A stretch of 64,000 bases of DNA, from assembly GCA_951406725.2 (NCBI GenBank), contig OX597842.1:10726001-10790000 (forward strand). The letters run 5' to 3'. The DNA comes from Octopus vulgaris. Taxonomy: Eukaryota. Of the stretch, positions 24,784-39,914 are shown piece by piece. The notes under the pieces were generated by a model. That model was not told the origin of the DNA. It was given only the letters and a program-made list of their open reading frames with translations, and searched no databases. Every line of letters begins with the position of its first letter. Position 1 is the first letter of the stretch. Position numbers and translations under genes: made by a program.

Positions 24784-24906
24784 AACACACACACAAACAC
24801 ACACACACACAATACACACACACACACACAAACACACACACAAGCACACACACACAAAAACACGCACATGCGCACATTGTGTGATTGACTGCCTTTCCGA
24901 AACTCA

Positions 24907-24942
<36 letters not shown>

Positions 24943-25149
24943 CAGTCATTCGCGTTCCATCACTCACCCACACAACGCAGACACATACTCGCTCTCTCTC
25001 ATTCTTTCTTTCTCTCTCTCGTTCTCGCCTTTTCACAAACGCCTACGTGAATCTCGCATTGAAGCCCCGGACAAGAACACTTGATAGGAAGAGCATTAAT
25101 AATGTCTTTCCATTCACACAAGGCACTCTATAGACAGAATTATGAATGA

Positions 25150-26181
<1,032 letters not shown>

Positions 26182-26311
26182 GCAACAGGATGTCCGTTTC
26201 AATCGGCTCCATTTAAGTGAACAGTGCAATCATTACATCAATTTAAATGCAAGGCCATCCTCAGCTGCAGAAATAAATAAAAAGAATTCTCTTTAATCAG
26301 TCGGAAACATT

Positions 26312-26928
26312 TTTTTATTTTTTCTAGTTTCAGCTCAGAGCTGCGGCCATGCTGATGCACCACCGTTTTGTGCTACACTGTTATTACTAAGAGCCTCCTC
26401 TAATATGTGGCACTTGGTGAAGAATGGAGTGTGATATAGCTACTTTCATTTGCACCTCTTGCCGTGAGGTAGGTTCATCTGGGACTCTTGACAGGAAGAT
26501 GTCCAGCTTTGATTTAAAAACCGCTACATCTACTTTGTGCAAGTTCCTCAGACTCTTTGGGAGAGTATTAAAAAGCCGTGGGTCCTTGAAACCCAGGCTG
26601 TTGCAGAAGCTGGTCCTGAAGCGTGATGGCATTGCTGGGATCTTTGGCACTAGGCATCGTCGTCCCGTTCTAGCATTGGTGTAGCTTACAATGCCAAAAT
26701 TTGGTACAATTCCTTCCAGGATCTTCCAGACATATATCACTGCATACCTCTCCCTTCTTCTCTCCAGGGAGTAGAGTCTTAGCTGTTTCAACCTTTCCCA
26801 GTAGCTGAGCTGTTGCAAAGAGACGATCTTCTTTGTGAATCTTCTCTGGATTGCTTCAAGGTCCGCTGTTAATTTTACACTGGTGGGTGACCATAGCTGT
26901 GAGCAGTAATCTAGGCGACTGAGGACGA
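26312..26928 (-). mobile_element. CR1-like LINE, 5'-truncated; ORF2 C-terminus and 3' tail
   Basis: VLSRLDYCSQLWSP..DLEAIQRRFTKKI..LSYWERLKQLRLYSLERRRERYAVIYVWKIL..FKSKLDIFLSRVPDEP, followed by a stem-loop tail and A-rich end. Confidence 0.9.
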
Positions 26929-27284
26929 ATTTGTATAATTTTTGTATAATTTGTATAATTTGTATAATAGGCGAAGAAGACAGATAAAGTCCATAAGGTT
27001 TTCACTTCAGCTCAGAAGTTTCAAAGACATCAAGAAAAATAATTGTTTACTCATAGCTTGTCACTGACTTCGGTTCAGTTTTAATTTATTAGTCTAGTTT
27101 ATCAAATCTAAGTCTAGGAAATGGTGTCCGTTAGGAAGAGATATCAGGGAGTTTACAGAATCATAGTGGATAAAAATCATAAAACTGGTCAATATATATA
27201 CATATATATATAGTAGTAGTAACATAAAAGAGGAATTTCGCACGGAAAATACGCACACTTACATGATTATAGTATAATTTTTAA

Positions 27285-27321
27285 TGTATCGACCGGTTTC
27301 GCAATCGCTATTCATGATACA
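27285..27321 (-). ncRNA. Degenerate minimal type I hammerhead (PLE-associated)
   Basis: tgtatc-ATGAATA-gc gatt gc-GAAAC cg GTC-gataca: perfect 6-bp stem I, two core substitutions. Confidence 0.55.
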
Positions 27322-27470
27322 ATATTTAATTTATATGAAAATATATTTTTTCTTAAGAAGAAAATGGGTCCATCTTGTTTATAATGAGATTCACGAGTGA
27401 ATGATTTTACAAGTTGACAAGTAAAGGGAGGTAATTGGTTGTTATTATTGTTATTGTTGTCTGTATTTTT

Positions 27471-27532
<62 letters not shown>

Positions 27533-27533
<1 letters not shown>

Positions 27534-27728
27534 AGCGGAGAGTTCACGAAATAACACAAAAGACGAAGACAGGTGGTGTAGAAAATAAACAGATGTATTA
27601 GTATAGCGCTCAAGAATAGAAAAAGTCTTCTACGTTTCGAGCCTACGCTCTTCTACAGAAAGGAACACAGAAAGAAACAAGGAGAGAAAAAAATGTGTGC
27701 AGTGGCAACCGATCTATCATGGCGACTA
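27533..27728 (-). mobile_element. PLE pLTR-like remnant with hammerhead-like motif (27627-27662)
   Basis: cttt-CTGTAGA-agagc gtag gctc-GAAAC-GTA-gaag. A homologous copy on + lies at 31860-32036. Confidence 0.6.
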
Positions 27729-27762
27729 TAAATATATATATATATTCTTACATATATATATG

Positions 27763-27912
27763 GTGGGCTTCTTTCAGTTTCCGTCTACGACATCCACTCA
27801 CAAGGCTTTGGGCGGCTCGAGACTATAGTAGAAGACTCTTGCCCAAGGTGCCACGCAGTGGGACTGAACTCAGAACCATTTGGTTGGGAAGCAAAGTACT
27901 AGCCACTGCTGT
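27763..27912 (-). mobile_element. SINE A head, diverged
   Basis: Reverse-complement match to the SINE A head. Confidence 0.75.
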
Positions 27913-28074
27913 GACTCAATATACATACATATATATAATTAATATAGGATAAAAAATCTTTCGGGAAAAAATTTTATGAATGGCCAGCATATCAAAAAAT
28001 GCCTTTAAAGGTAAAATTTATACATAATTTACAAGACAAGGGCGGAAGAAGCCCTTATCTTGTAAATTATGTAC

Positions 28075-28140
<66 letters not shown>

Positions 28141-28144
<4 letters not shown>

Positions 28145-28514
28145 AGATGGCTATTATACTTTACACTGTCGAGCGATTACCGTTTACATCTCGTTCTGAG
28201 ATTTAATAAAGCTTGCAGACAGTTTTTCGAAATCAGTGACGGAAGTTACAAGAAAAACTCTTACATTTGCATACAGGCTTTCTTTTTCATCGTGATCCGG
28301 TGATTACCGCCCGTTGATAAGAGGCAACAACCTCGAAACTGCAGTCCGGTGCGTATCACTTAGACTTACGAGAAAGGGATGGACTCCCTTTGCAAATACC
28401 ATAAGGGCACAGATAGTGTGCCTGGAGACGATGATCTCCTGGGGCTAAAAACCTACAGTAACACCCCCCCCCCTTTGTGGTTAGCCATATTGAGATGGCT
28501 ATTATACTTTACAC
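28141..28514 (+). mobile_element. 348-bp terminally redundant PLE-pLTR/retrozyme-like unit with a degenerate hammerhead (28305-28351)
   Basis: 26-bp direct repeat attgagatggctattatactttacac at 28141 and 28489; ccg-TTGATAA-gagg caacaa cctc-GAAAC tgca GTC-cgg. Confidence 0.65.
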
Positions 28515-28539
28515 ACACACACACACACACACATACATA

Positions 28540-28577
<38 letters not shown>

Positions 28578-28600
28578 TATATGTATATATATGTATATGC

Positions 28601-28877
<277 letters not shown>

Positions 28878-29008
28878 TACATATTATATTATTATTTGAC
28901 TGAACGCCAAGCATCTATTTCCAAATTTGTCTATGTATGTGTGTATGTATCTATCTATCTATCTATCCATCGATCTATCTTTCTATCTCTCTCTTTCTCT
29001 CTGCACAA

Positions 29009-29036
<28 letters not shown>

Positions 29037-29039
<3 letters not shown>

Positions 29040-29228
29040 TGGTCAATCCAAACAAGAACAAGCAAGAAGAAACAACAACGCTAGGGCGTGGAACAAGTCC
29101 TGTGTTATTGGACGCTCAGGAAAGATAAGAAAAGAGGACCTCAAGTTTCGAGCAGGAGCTCTTCGTCAGGAATATAGAAAAAGTCCCAAAAAGGGAAGAC
29201 GGAGAAAGAAAATCACCAACGATACACA
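29037..29228 (-). mobile_element. PLE pLTR-like remnant with canonical hammerhead core (29136-29174)
   Basis: ttc-CTGACGA-agagc tcct gctc-GAAAC-ttgaggtc; stems I and III are eroded. Confidence 0.6.
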
Positions 29229-29314
29229 CAAGCACACAAACACACACACACACATGTATATATGTGTGTGAGTGTGTGTATGCATATATGCATATATATA
29301 CTTATATATTTAAG

Positions 29315-29403
<89 letters not shown>

Positions 29404-29416
29404 TTATACATATATA

Positions 29417-29533
29417 CTCAGAGTAACAGGTTTTGTTGAATTTTCTGCTGCTTTAGATAATGCATATTACTCTACCACTGGTATTTGAGTACTTTTTTTT
29501 CCACCTTGTTTCACATTTATGTGTTTACTCCGG

Positions 29534-29535
<2 letters not shown>
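29417..29535. mobile_element. Second copy of the 10397-10642 PLE-like family
   Basis: Near-exact reverse complement of 10397-10512. Confidence 0.8.
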
Positions 29536-29576
<41 letters not shown>

Positions 29577-29897
29577 CCATTTGTATATATACCCATTTGT
29601 ATATACGTATATATATGTATATATATATATATTTATGTATGTATATACATAATATGTATACCCAGATTTCTTTGTATGTATGGGAGTCAAGAGGGACAAT
29701 AAAGCAGGAATGCGCGAACGTTTTAATAGGATACATGCAGCTTTTCCACTACATAGAATTGTGTGTGGGTTTCTGGAAGTGTGTGTGGGAGTGTGTGTGG
29801 GAGTGTGGGTAAGTGTGTGTAGGAGTGTGGGTAGGTATGTGTGGGTGTATAAGTTGAAATGTGCATAAATTCTATATAAGCGTACTATATGCATATT

Positions 29898-29931
<34 letters not shown>

Positions 29932-30285
29932 TGCATGTATAGTACACACACGCACACACACACGCAAATACACACATACACACGTACACATACAAGCGTA
30001 CCCGCAAAACAAGCGTATTTATATTCATACACAGTTGCTTATTAAAACGAAACTGAATCTTTTCCAGGATTCATGATCTTCTCAAAACTATTAACCACAC
30101 ATGCATACATGTACACCCATTATATATATATACATATACTCATATATAAATATGTATATGCATGTATATGTATATATATATATATTTATATATATATATA
30201 TATATACACATGCATATACATGTATATACATATATATATATATACATATATACATTCATATATACATTCATATATACATTCATAT

Positions 30286-30317
<32 letters not shown>

Positions 30318-30320
30318 GTC

Positions 30321-30384
<64 letters not shown>

Positions 30385-30672
30385 TACATGTACGTACATA
30401 TATAAACATACATATATACATACATATATATACATATATATATATATATACATATACACATATACATATACATATATATACATATATATACATGTATCTA
30501 CATTTATAAACATACATATATACATACGTATATATATACATATATATATATATATGTATATATATACATATATATATATACATACATATACATATACATA
30601 TATATACATATGTATACATGTATGTACATATATAAACATACATATATACATACATATATATATATACATATA

Positions 30673-30766
<94 letters not shown>

Positions 30767-31270
30767 GCGGACAATTTTCTTAACCGAAGCTTTGCCTTGA
30801 AATTCGCTTAGGCTGAAGCCATTTTAGCTCAACACAGTTTAAATAATAAAACATAAGAAAATATAAAATAAAAATCCCATAACAAATAAACGTGGGAAAT
30901 ACATAAACCACCACCACAACAACAACAGCAACAACAATATCCATCTTTAATTTCCTCCCTGGAATTAAATAATCCGTCATACATCTATCCTTGTCTAGCT
31001 TTTCCTTCGGAAATAGCTTCCATCGGATTTTTCATAGCTTCCATCTTTTCGGGATTAATCGCGTCTCTACAAAAAGCTATTTGGAAATATGTCGTCTTTT
31101 CCCCGTGTCTTACGGGTTCAATGCTACTGCGTGACACCTTGGGCAAGTCTCTTATTCTATGGCATCAAACCGACCAAAGTCTTGGGAACGGCTTTGGAAG
31201 ACGGAACCTGAAAGAAGGGCGTCGTATACGTACATACCTATATACACACATACATGCATACATACATACA

Positions 31271-31301
<31 letters not shown>

Positions 31302-31309
31302 GATTATAC

Positions 31310-31351
<42 letters not shown>

Positions 31352-31380
31352 ACGTATATGTTATATGTATGTATATATAT

Positions 31381-31618
31381 TACTCTTTTTACTCTTTTAC
31401 TCTTTTACATGTTTCAGTCATTTGACTGCGGCCATGCTGGAGCACCGCCTTTAGTCGAGCAAATCGACCCCGGGACTTATTCTTTGTAAGCCCAGTACTG
31501 ATTCTATCAGTCTCTTTTGCCGAACCGCTAAGTTACGGGGACGTAAACACACCAGCATCGGTTGTCAAGCAATGCGAGAGGGACAAACACAGACACACAA
31601 ACATATACACGCACATAC

Positions 31619-31677
<59 letters not shown>

Positions 31678-31848
31678 CATATATACGACAGGCTTCTTTC
31701 AGTTTCCGTCTACCAAATCCACTCACAAGGCATTGGTCGGCCCGAGGTTTTAGTAGAAGACACTTGCCCAAGATGCCACGCAGTGGGACTGAACCCGGAA
31801 CCATGTAGTTGATAAGCAAGCTACTTACCACACAGCCACTCCTGCGCC
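31381..31848 (-). mobile_element. Full-length SINE A
   Basis: Head, internal (TA/TG)n, body, tail and (gagtaaaa)n end. Confidence 0.92.
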
Positions 31849-31859
31849 TATATATATAT

Positions 31860-32036
31860 TTTTTATTTATTTCTCTCCTTGATTCTCTCCTTGTTTTCTG
31901 TGTCCCTTTCTGTCGAAGAGCGTAGGCTCGAAACACAAAAGACTTTTTCTATTCCTGAGCGTTATACTAATACATCTGTTTGTTTTGTACACCACCTGTC
32001 TTCGTCTTTTGTTGTTTTTTTCCGTTAACTCTCCCT
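31860..32036 (+). mobile_element. PLE pLTR-like remnant with hammerhead-like motif (31906-31941)
   Basis: cttt-CTGTCGA-agagc gtag gctc-GAAAC-aca-aaag; homologous to 27533-27728. Confidence 0.6.
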
Positions 32037-32037
32037 A

Positions 32038-32087
<50 letters not shown>

Positions 32088-32394
32088 AAAAGTAGGATAA
32101 AATCTTTTTAAGAATTTATCAATTTTTTCACTTAAATATATTTATTTATATTATATAGAGAACATTACTATGCATAAATGCCACACGCTAGGAGGGACTC
32201 ATAAAGTCAAAACTACTAAAATAAATGAACATATCGAACCGAATGCAACTCTCGAAGCAAGTCATTTAAAAACAGAATTCAGCTGCAGATCACATCATTT
32301 CATAATGAGTGCAGCAATGCACTTTTTAATCATCAGTACAAGCATAATTCAAGATGTATAACGAATGAACAGAATCAACATACCAGGTTGTTCG

Positions 32395-32625
32395 TCTGGT
32401 AAAAAAATCTGTCAATTTCTTTCACAGCAAAAATTATCGCTATACTTCATTGTCGATTTGATTATAATTTTTCTCTGCTGATATCAGAGAATTTGAAGCA
32501 TGATCCATCGCTTTCGTGGCACCAACTTTAGAATTATATATCATTACTGCTCCTACATCGCACGTAGAAGCGTCTGAAGCTACGACAATCACCGTTGCAG
32601 GATCGAAGTGAGCTAACAGGCACAT
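32395..32625 (-). mobile_element. Ty3/Gypsy LTR retrotransposon RT-RNase H fragment
   Basis: LLAHFDP..IVVASDAS...VGAV....HASNSLISAEKNYNQIDNE..FAVKK. Confidence 0.85.
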
Positions 32626-32637
32626 AATATGTATATG

Positions 32638-33072
32638 GGCGCAGGAGTGGCTGTGTGGTAAGTAGCTTGCTTACCAACCACATGGTTCCGGGTTCAGTCC
32701 CACTGCGTGGCATCTTAAGCAAGTGTCTTCTGCTATAGCCCCGGGCCTACCAATGCGTTGTGAGTGGATTTGGTAGATGGAAACTGAAAGAAGCCTGTCG
32801 TATATATGTATATATATGTGTGTGTGTGTTTCTGTGTCTGTGTTTAAACCCCTAGCATTGCTTGACAAACGATGCTGGTGTGTTTACATCCCGGTCACTT
32901 AGCAGTTCCGCAAAAGAGACCGATAGATTAAGTACTGGGTTTACAAAGAATAAGTCCCGAGGTCGATTTGCTCGACTGAAGGCGGTGCTCCAGTATGGCC
33001 ACAGTCAAATGCCTGAAACAAGTAAAAAAAAATATAAACTGAAACAAGTAAAAGAGTAAAAGAGTAAAAGAG
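32638..33072 (+). mobile_element. Full-length SINE A; further partial copies at 33128-33310 (-), 33345-33540 (+) and 33722-34000 (+)
   Basis: Match to the in-window consensus. Confidence 0.9.
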
Positions 33073-33623
33073 TATATATATATATATATATAACACACAC
33101 ATAACGCTCTTTCACTTTCTTTCATTAGATTCAGTAATTTGACTGCGGCCATGCTGTAGCACCGCCTTTAGTCGAGGAAATCTACCCCAGGACTTATTCT
33201 TTGTAAGCCTAGTAGTTATTCTATCGGTATGTTTTGCCGAACCGCTACGTTACCGGACGTAAACACACAAGCATCGTTTGTCATGCGATGTAGGGTGGGT
33301 GAACAAACACAGACACATGTATATATACGTATACATATATACGACAGTGTGGCTGTTTTCGTCCCCGCAACATCGCTTGACAACCGATGCTGGTGTGTTT
33401 ATGCCCATGTAAGCTAGAGGTTCGGTAAAAGAGCCCGATAGAAAAAGTACTAGGTTTATAATGATTAAGTCCTAGGGTCGACTAAAGGCGGTGCTCCAGC
33501 ATGGCTGCAGTCAAATAACTGAAAAGAAGAAAAGAATAAATGTAATGAATATACATATGTGTGGTGTATGGATATATATAAATATAATATATATGTATGT
33601 ATGTATATGTATGTATGTATGTA

Positions 33624-33702
<79 letters not shown>

Positions 33703-34288
33703 TGTGTGTTCAGTCCATTGCGTACTATAGCCTTGGGCCGACCAATGCCTTGTGAGTGGATTTGGTAGACGGAAACTGAAAGAAGCCAGTCGTATATATG
33801 TTTGTGTGTCTGTGTTTGTCCCCCTAGCATTGCTTGACAACCGATGCTGGTGTGTTTCCGTCACCTAGCGGTTGGGCAATAGGGCCCGATAGAATAAGTA
33901 CTGGGCTTGCATGGAACAAGTCCCGCGGTCGATTTGCTCGACTAAAGGTGGTGCTCCAGCATGGACGCAGTCAAATGACTGAAACAAGTAAAAGAGTAAA
34001 AGATTATATGTTACTGCGTGTATGTGCGAGTGTATATATGTATGTGTCTCTACACGAGCACGTAATTGTATAATTAAGTATATACGAATGTATCTATATC
34101 AGATTTTCAGGTCGTTTGATCCTCTGATGGCTATTATCTTCCAAAAAGATCGCTACGTCGCTGTGCAAGTGATTGTATGAATGTAATAGGAGGCTTCTAT
34201 GACATATATATCGATATAAAAGGACTTTTGTACACTCATATATCCATATATCCTTCCATACATGTATGTATATGTGTGTCTGTGTGTG

Positions 34289-34328
<40 letters not shown>

Positions 34329-34465
34329 AATATATATGTGTAAATAAGTATATATATACATATACATACATGTGTATAAGCACGAATATACGGTTACATA
34401 AAGAGGCGCGTTCCTTTAAATGAATAGCCCACCACACACATACACACACACATATATATATATAT

Positions 34466-34509
<44 letters not shown>

Positions 34510-34569
34510 GTATACGTATATATATACGTATACATATATATATACATATGTATGTATATATGTATATAT

Positions 34570-34612
<43 letters not shown>

Positions 34613-34613
34613 G

Positions 34614-34664
<51 letters not shown>

Positions 34665-34747
34665 GTAAATCTTCCAGTTGAACAGGTACATTTATATATA
34701 CGTTTAAAGTGCAATGACAATCGTTGTATATATATGTGTGTGTGTGC

Positions 34748-34783
<36 letters not shown>

Positions 34784-35074
34784 TCATGAATGTATATACA
34801 TAGGTATGTATGTACATAGGTATGTATGTATGTGTGTATGTATGCATGTATTTATGTATCTATGTATGTAGGTATATAGCTAGGTAGGTGGATATTTAGA
34901 AATATAAATTTATACACACATGAACATGGAATGTATGCCTATGTATATACCTCTGTCCATATATATATATACACATATATATGTGTGTGTGTTTGTGTGT
35001 GCACCATGCACCTGTACATTCATACATATATACATATCAAATACACGTACACACACACACACACACACACACAT

Positions 35075-35106
<32 letters not shown>

Positions 35107-35530
35107 TCATTCATATACATATTGATTTCATATATAATGGGATAGAGGAATATTCCAAATTAAACTTGTGTATATATATATTTAAAACGATCTATCACTC
35201 TCCCACAGTCTCTGTCTCCGGTTTTCTTTACCTGTATATACATACATATATACATATCTATATATATATATATATATATCTAATATGTATATACCTATAT
35301 GAAGGTTCATGTCCTTTCATAATAGAGGTGTCTGTATGTAAGCTTATATAAGCCTCTAAATACGACACCTACCTACACAGTCACTCATATTTATATATGA
35401 ATGTTCATTTTTGCGTAATTATAGCAAATTTAACTATGCCAGTGTATATAAACGTGTTTGTATTCACATATACATACATACACACATATATATATATATA
35501 AATAGACAAAAATACACACACACACATGCA

Positions 35531-35561
<31 letters not shown>

Positions 35562-35777
35562 GTATATATATATATGTATATGTATATATCTGGGACTGTA
35601 GTTATGTAATGTAGACATATATGTATATATATATATATATGCATATATATATATATACTATATTCACGCAGGTCTGTAAAAATATTTTAATGCATTCAAT
35701 TATCGGTAATATAATATAATTATCTCACACGCGAAAGAGCGTAGAGACACACATTGTTTTCTCTGATGGCTGCTATT

Positions 35778-35811
<34 letters not shown>

Positions 35812-35972
35812 GAGGAGATGACAATCTCAGCTTTGAACATGTGAACACAATATTGTATATTTCGTACATTATGCCTATATTTATAAATTTCAATACACAT
35901 ACATGTCTGCATGTATATATGTGTGTATGTGTGCTTGTATGCATATATGTATGCATGTATGTATATATGTAT

Positions 35973-36382
<410 letters not shown>

Positions 36383-36439
36383 AGAACGTGTATATATATG
36401 TGTATATATATATTTCTATGTATATAAACATTTATGTGT

Positions 36440-36559
<120 letters not shown>

Positions 36560-36694
36560 ATAACTCCATCTTCACAAATGATGGCCGTTCGTCTTATCTT
36601 ATATATACCTACCAACATATATGTATATATTCCTATGTGTGTGTGTGTGTGTGTGTGTGTGAGTGCGTTCGTATATTATTGCCGTTCCTCTTAG

Positions 36695-36970
36695 CTTGCT
36701 CGTTGTGAATGGCATCTCTGACCTTCAGTCTATTCACCGCTCCGACGGTCCATCCAGTCCCGCTGCAGATCTGCGTGAATAGAAACGCTGGTGACAGACA
36801 AAAGTTGTAACTTGATCGGTATCGATCGGATCTTTTTTGTCAGCGTTGATCTCTCTGAACCGCTTTCTGTCCCTGAGGTCCCCCAAGTCGACTTGGAAGC
36901 CATTTTACACACTAAGCATGTCGAATTAGATTCTTCAGTAGAAGTACTTCGCGAAATCTTCACGCGGCCC
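36695..36970 (-). mobile_element. Old RTE-like LINE 3' fragment
   Basis: Frameshifted pieces RFREVLLLKNL, ASKSTW and TFVCHQRFYSRRSAAGL resemble RTE C-terminal motifs. Confidence 0.35.
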
Positions 36971-36994
36971 CACACACTCACGCTCATATACATA

Positions 36995-37529
36995 TCTTTA
37001 TATATAAAAGTGAGGTTGTGTGCTGTCTGTCTGCTACGATTTAGATTCCTAACTACTCCCACATTTTGCGGTGCAGTTTAACCAAAACCGGGTATCTTAT
37101 AGTCGTGATTCATATCGAGCCCTTCTGGTTATTAGCGCGCGTCTACGGTGAGTCTACGATTTTTAAAATAATTTACCATCATTTTTTCCCATTTTAATGC
37201 ATTTTTTCGCTATTATATACGGGAAGTAACTCTCTAAAAATGTCTACGATGAGTCAACGATTTTAAAAAGAATTTACCATCATTTGTTTCCATTTTAATG
37301 CATTTTTTTCGCTATTATATACGGGAACTAACTCTCTAAAAATGTCTACGATGAGTCAACGATTTAAAAAAAAATTTACCATCATTTTTTTTCCATTTTT
37401 TTGCTATTTTTTTTCCATTTTTTTTCCATTTTTTTTCCATTTTTTTGCTATTTTTGGCTATAACACTCTAAAAATGCTTATATAGTTATTTCCCTTACAA
37501 ACCCGAGCAACGCCGGGCGATACTGCTAG
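36995..37529 (+). mobile_element. Non-autonomous Helitron with internal ~97-bp tandem repeats
   Basis: A|TC 5' end, 3' hairpin cccgagcaacgccggg, CTAG|T end, no TSD. Confidence 0.85.
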
Positions 37530-37829
37530 TATATATATATATGTGCGCACATTCATAGGACCTGTTCATCCACGCGCACACACAGACGAGCATACATGCC
37601 AACACACATACAGATACTAGAAGTCACGCTCACATGCGCTCACAACAGCTCATACACACACACACACACACACATGCAAGCACGCAAATTATTCCCGTTC
37701 GTACTCCCGTCCATTCTGTTGAATGTGATCACAGACTAAAGATTAAAGAATGATATACAGAGTGATTAATGAATGATTAAGGAATGATCCACAGAATGAT
37801 TAAAACAATGATTAAAGAATAATTTAAAG

Positions 37830-38360
37830 TTTCTTCTACAATAGCTTCGGGCAGAACAAATCCTTGTGAATGGATTTGGTAGGCGGAAACTGAAAGAAGC
37901 CCCTAGTATATATATATATGTGTGTGTGTGTGTGCGTGTGTGAGTTTGTGTGTGTGTATATATATGTTCTTTTATTCTTCTCCTTGCTTCAGTCATTTGA
38001 CTGTGGCCATGCTGGAGCACTGCCACCAGTCGAAGAAATCGACTCTAGGACTTATTCTATGTAAGCCTAGCACATATTTTATCCGGTCTCTTTTGCTAAA
38101 CCGCTAGGTTACTGCATTGGTTGTTGGGCAACAGTGGTGGGGACAAACACAGACACACAAATACATAGATAGATACACAGACAGAGAGGCAGATAGACAC
38201 ACGCACATATATATATAAACGAGTTTCTTCCAGTTTCCGTCTACCAAATCCTCTCACAGGGCTTTGGTTAGTCCGAGGCTATAGTAGAAGAAGGTTTCCC
38301 AAGGGGGGACTGAACTTGAAACCATGAGGTTGGAAAGCAACCTACTTACACCACACTTAC
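37830..38360 (-). mobile_element. Diverged SINE A copies
   Basis: Reverse-complement match. Confidence 0.75.
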
Positions 38361-38401
38361 ACTGCACCTAAATTCTTCATTCTTCTTACTATCAATATAT
38401 G

Positions 38402-38436
<35 letters not shown>

Positions 38437-38445
38437 ACATATATA

Positions 38446-38830
38446 GGCGCAGGAGTGGCTGTGTGGTAAGTAGCTTGCTAACCAACCACATGGTTCTGGG
38501 TTCAGTCCCACTGCGTGGCATCTTGGGCAAGTGTCTTCTGCTATAGCCCCGGGCCGACGAAAGCCTTGTGAGTGGATTTGGTAGACGGAAACTGTATATA
38601 TATATATGTATGTGTGTGTGTGTGTGTGTGTGTTGTGTGTCTGTGTTTGTCCCCCTAGCATTGCTTGACAACCGATGCTGGTGTGTTTACGTCCCCGTCA
38701 CTTAGCGGTTCGGCAAAACACAACGATAGAATAAGTACTAGGCTTACAAAGAATAAGTCCCGGGGTCGATTTGCTCGACGAAAGTCGGTGCTCCAGCATG
38801 GCCAAAGTCAAATGACTGAAACAAGTAAAA
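38446..38830 (+). mobile_element. Full-length SINE A
   Basis: Match to the in-window consensus. Confidence 0.92.
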
Positions 38831-38854
38831 AGTATATATATATGTATATATATG

Positions 38855-38911
<57 letters not shown>

Positions 38912-39174
38912 TCACGTGGAAATGGATGCGTCATGCTCAATGAAATAATAAGAAATAATATATACGTGTATGTATATATATACATGTATATATATATACC
39001 AATTTTAAAGTCTCAAGTGTAACAGACCGAAACTGTAGCGATGATTGGAGGCTTGACTGATGAATAGAAAGCCACGAATGTTCCGTCCAGGTTTTCCTGT
39101 CCGTCCTTGTATCGTCCATCTGTCCTTATGTTTCCATTGTCGTCCGTTCCGTTCTTGTTCCGTTTTGGGGATTT

Positions 39175-39205
<31 letters not shown>

Positions 39206-39273
39206 CAAAAAAATGGTGGTGTTTAGACTACTAACCCCAAGATTCCGAGTTCGATTCGAGGCAGTGACGTGAA

Positions 39274-39914
39274 TATCTACACTGGCTAATAAGTCGGCAT
39301 TACAATATCAAAACTGCCGACAAGTGGTATAATCACCACCCTGAAGCTGTAACTGAAGGAGAAAATGTAACCGATTCTGTGGGACTTTCCAGTACATACA
39401 GATCGAACCATCAAAGGCCAATAAACCGGATATTGTTGTGAAAGACCAAAACAATAAAGTTTGCTTATTGATCGACATGAGCATCCCCTGTGATCATAAT
39501 ATCTCGACGAAAGAATTTGACAAGCTCAGAAAATATAAAGACCTACTCATTGAAATTGAGAAAATGTGGCATCTCAAGGCGGTTACAATACCAGTGATCG
39601 TAGGAGCACTAGGAATGATCAAGAAGGGAACCGAAAATTATATGAGAATGATCCCTGGCTTACCATCCCTGCAAAAAGTGCAAAAGATTGTCTTAACTGG
39701 TACATCACACGTATTGAGAAGAGCATTGTCGATGTGAGAACTATTACTACCCATGTATTTTAATTTAACTTTATTTCTATCAAAAAAAAAATCAACGAAC
39801 TAGTGAGTTTAGTTTAATGGCCTACCAATGTATACTATGAGTTTCTTTGCCCTAGGAGTCGGGAAGACACTCGGCAAGAAATGGAAGCAAATTTGAAAGA
39901 AGAAGAAAAACCCA
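39274..39914 (+). mobile_element. R4/Dong-like restriction-endonuclease-type LINE, 5'-truncated and frameshifted, ending in (TAA)n
   Basis: YLHW..KWYNHHPE..ILWDF.VHTDRTI.ANKPDIVV..CLLIDMSIP.D.NI..KE..KL.KYKDL..EI.KMW..IPVIVGALG (PD..D-type RLE domain). Confidence 0.88.
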
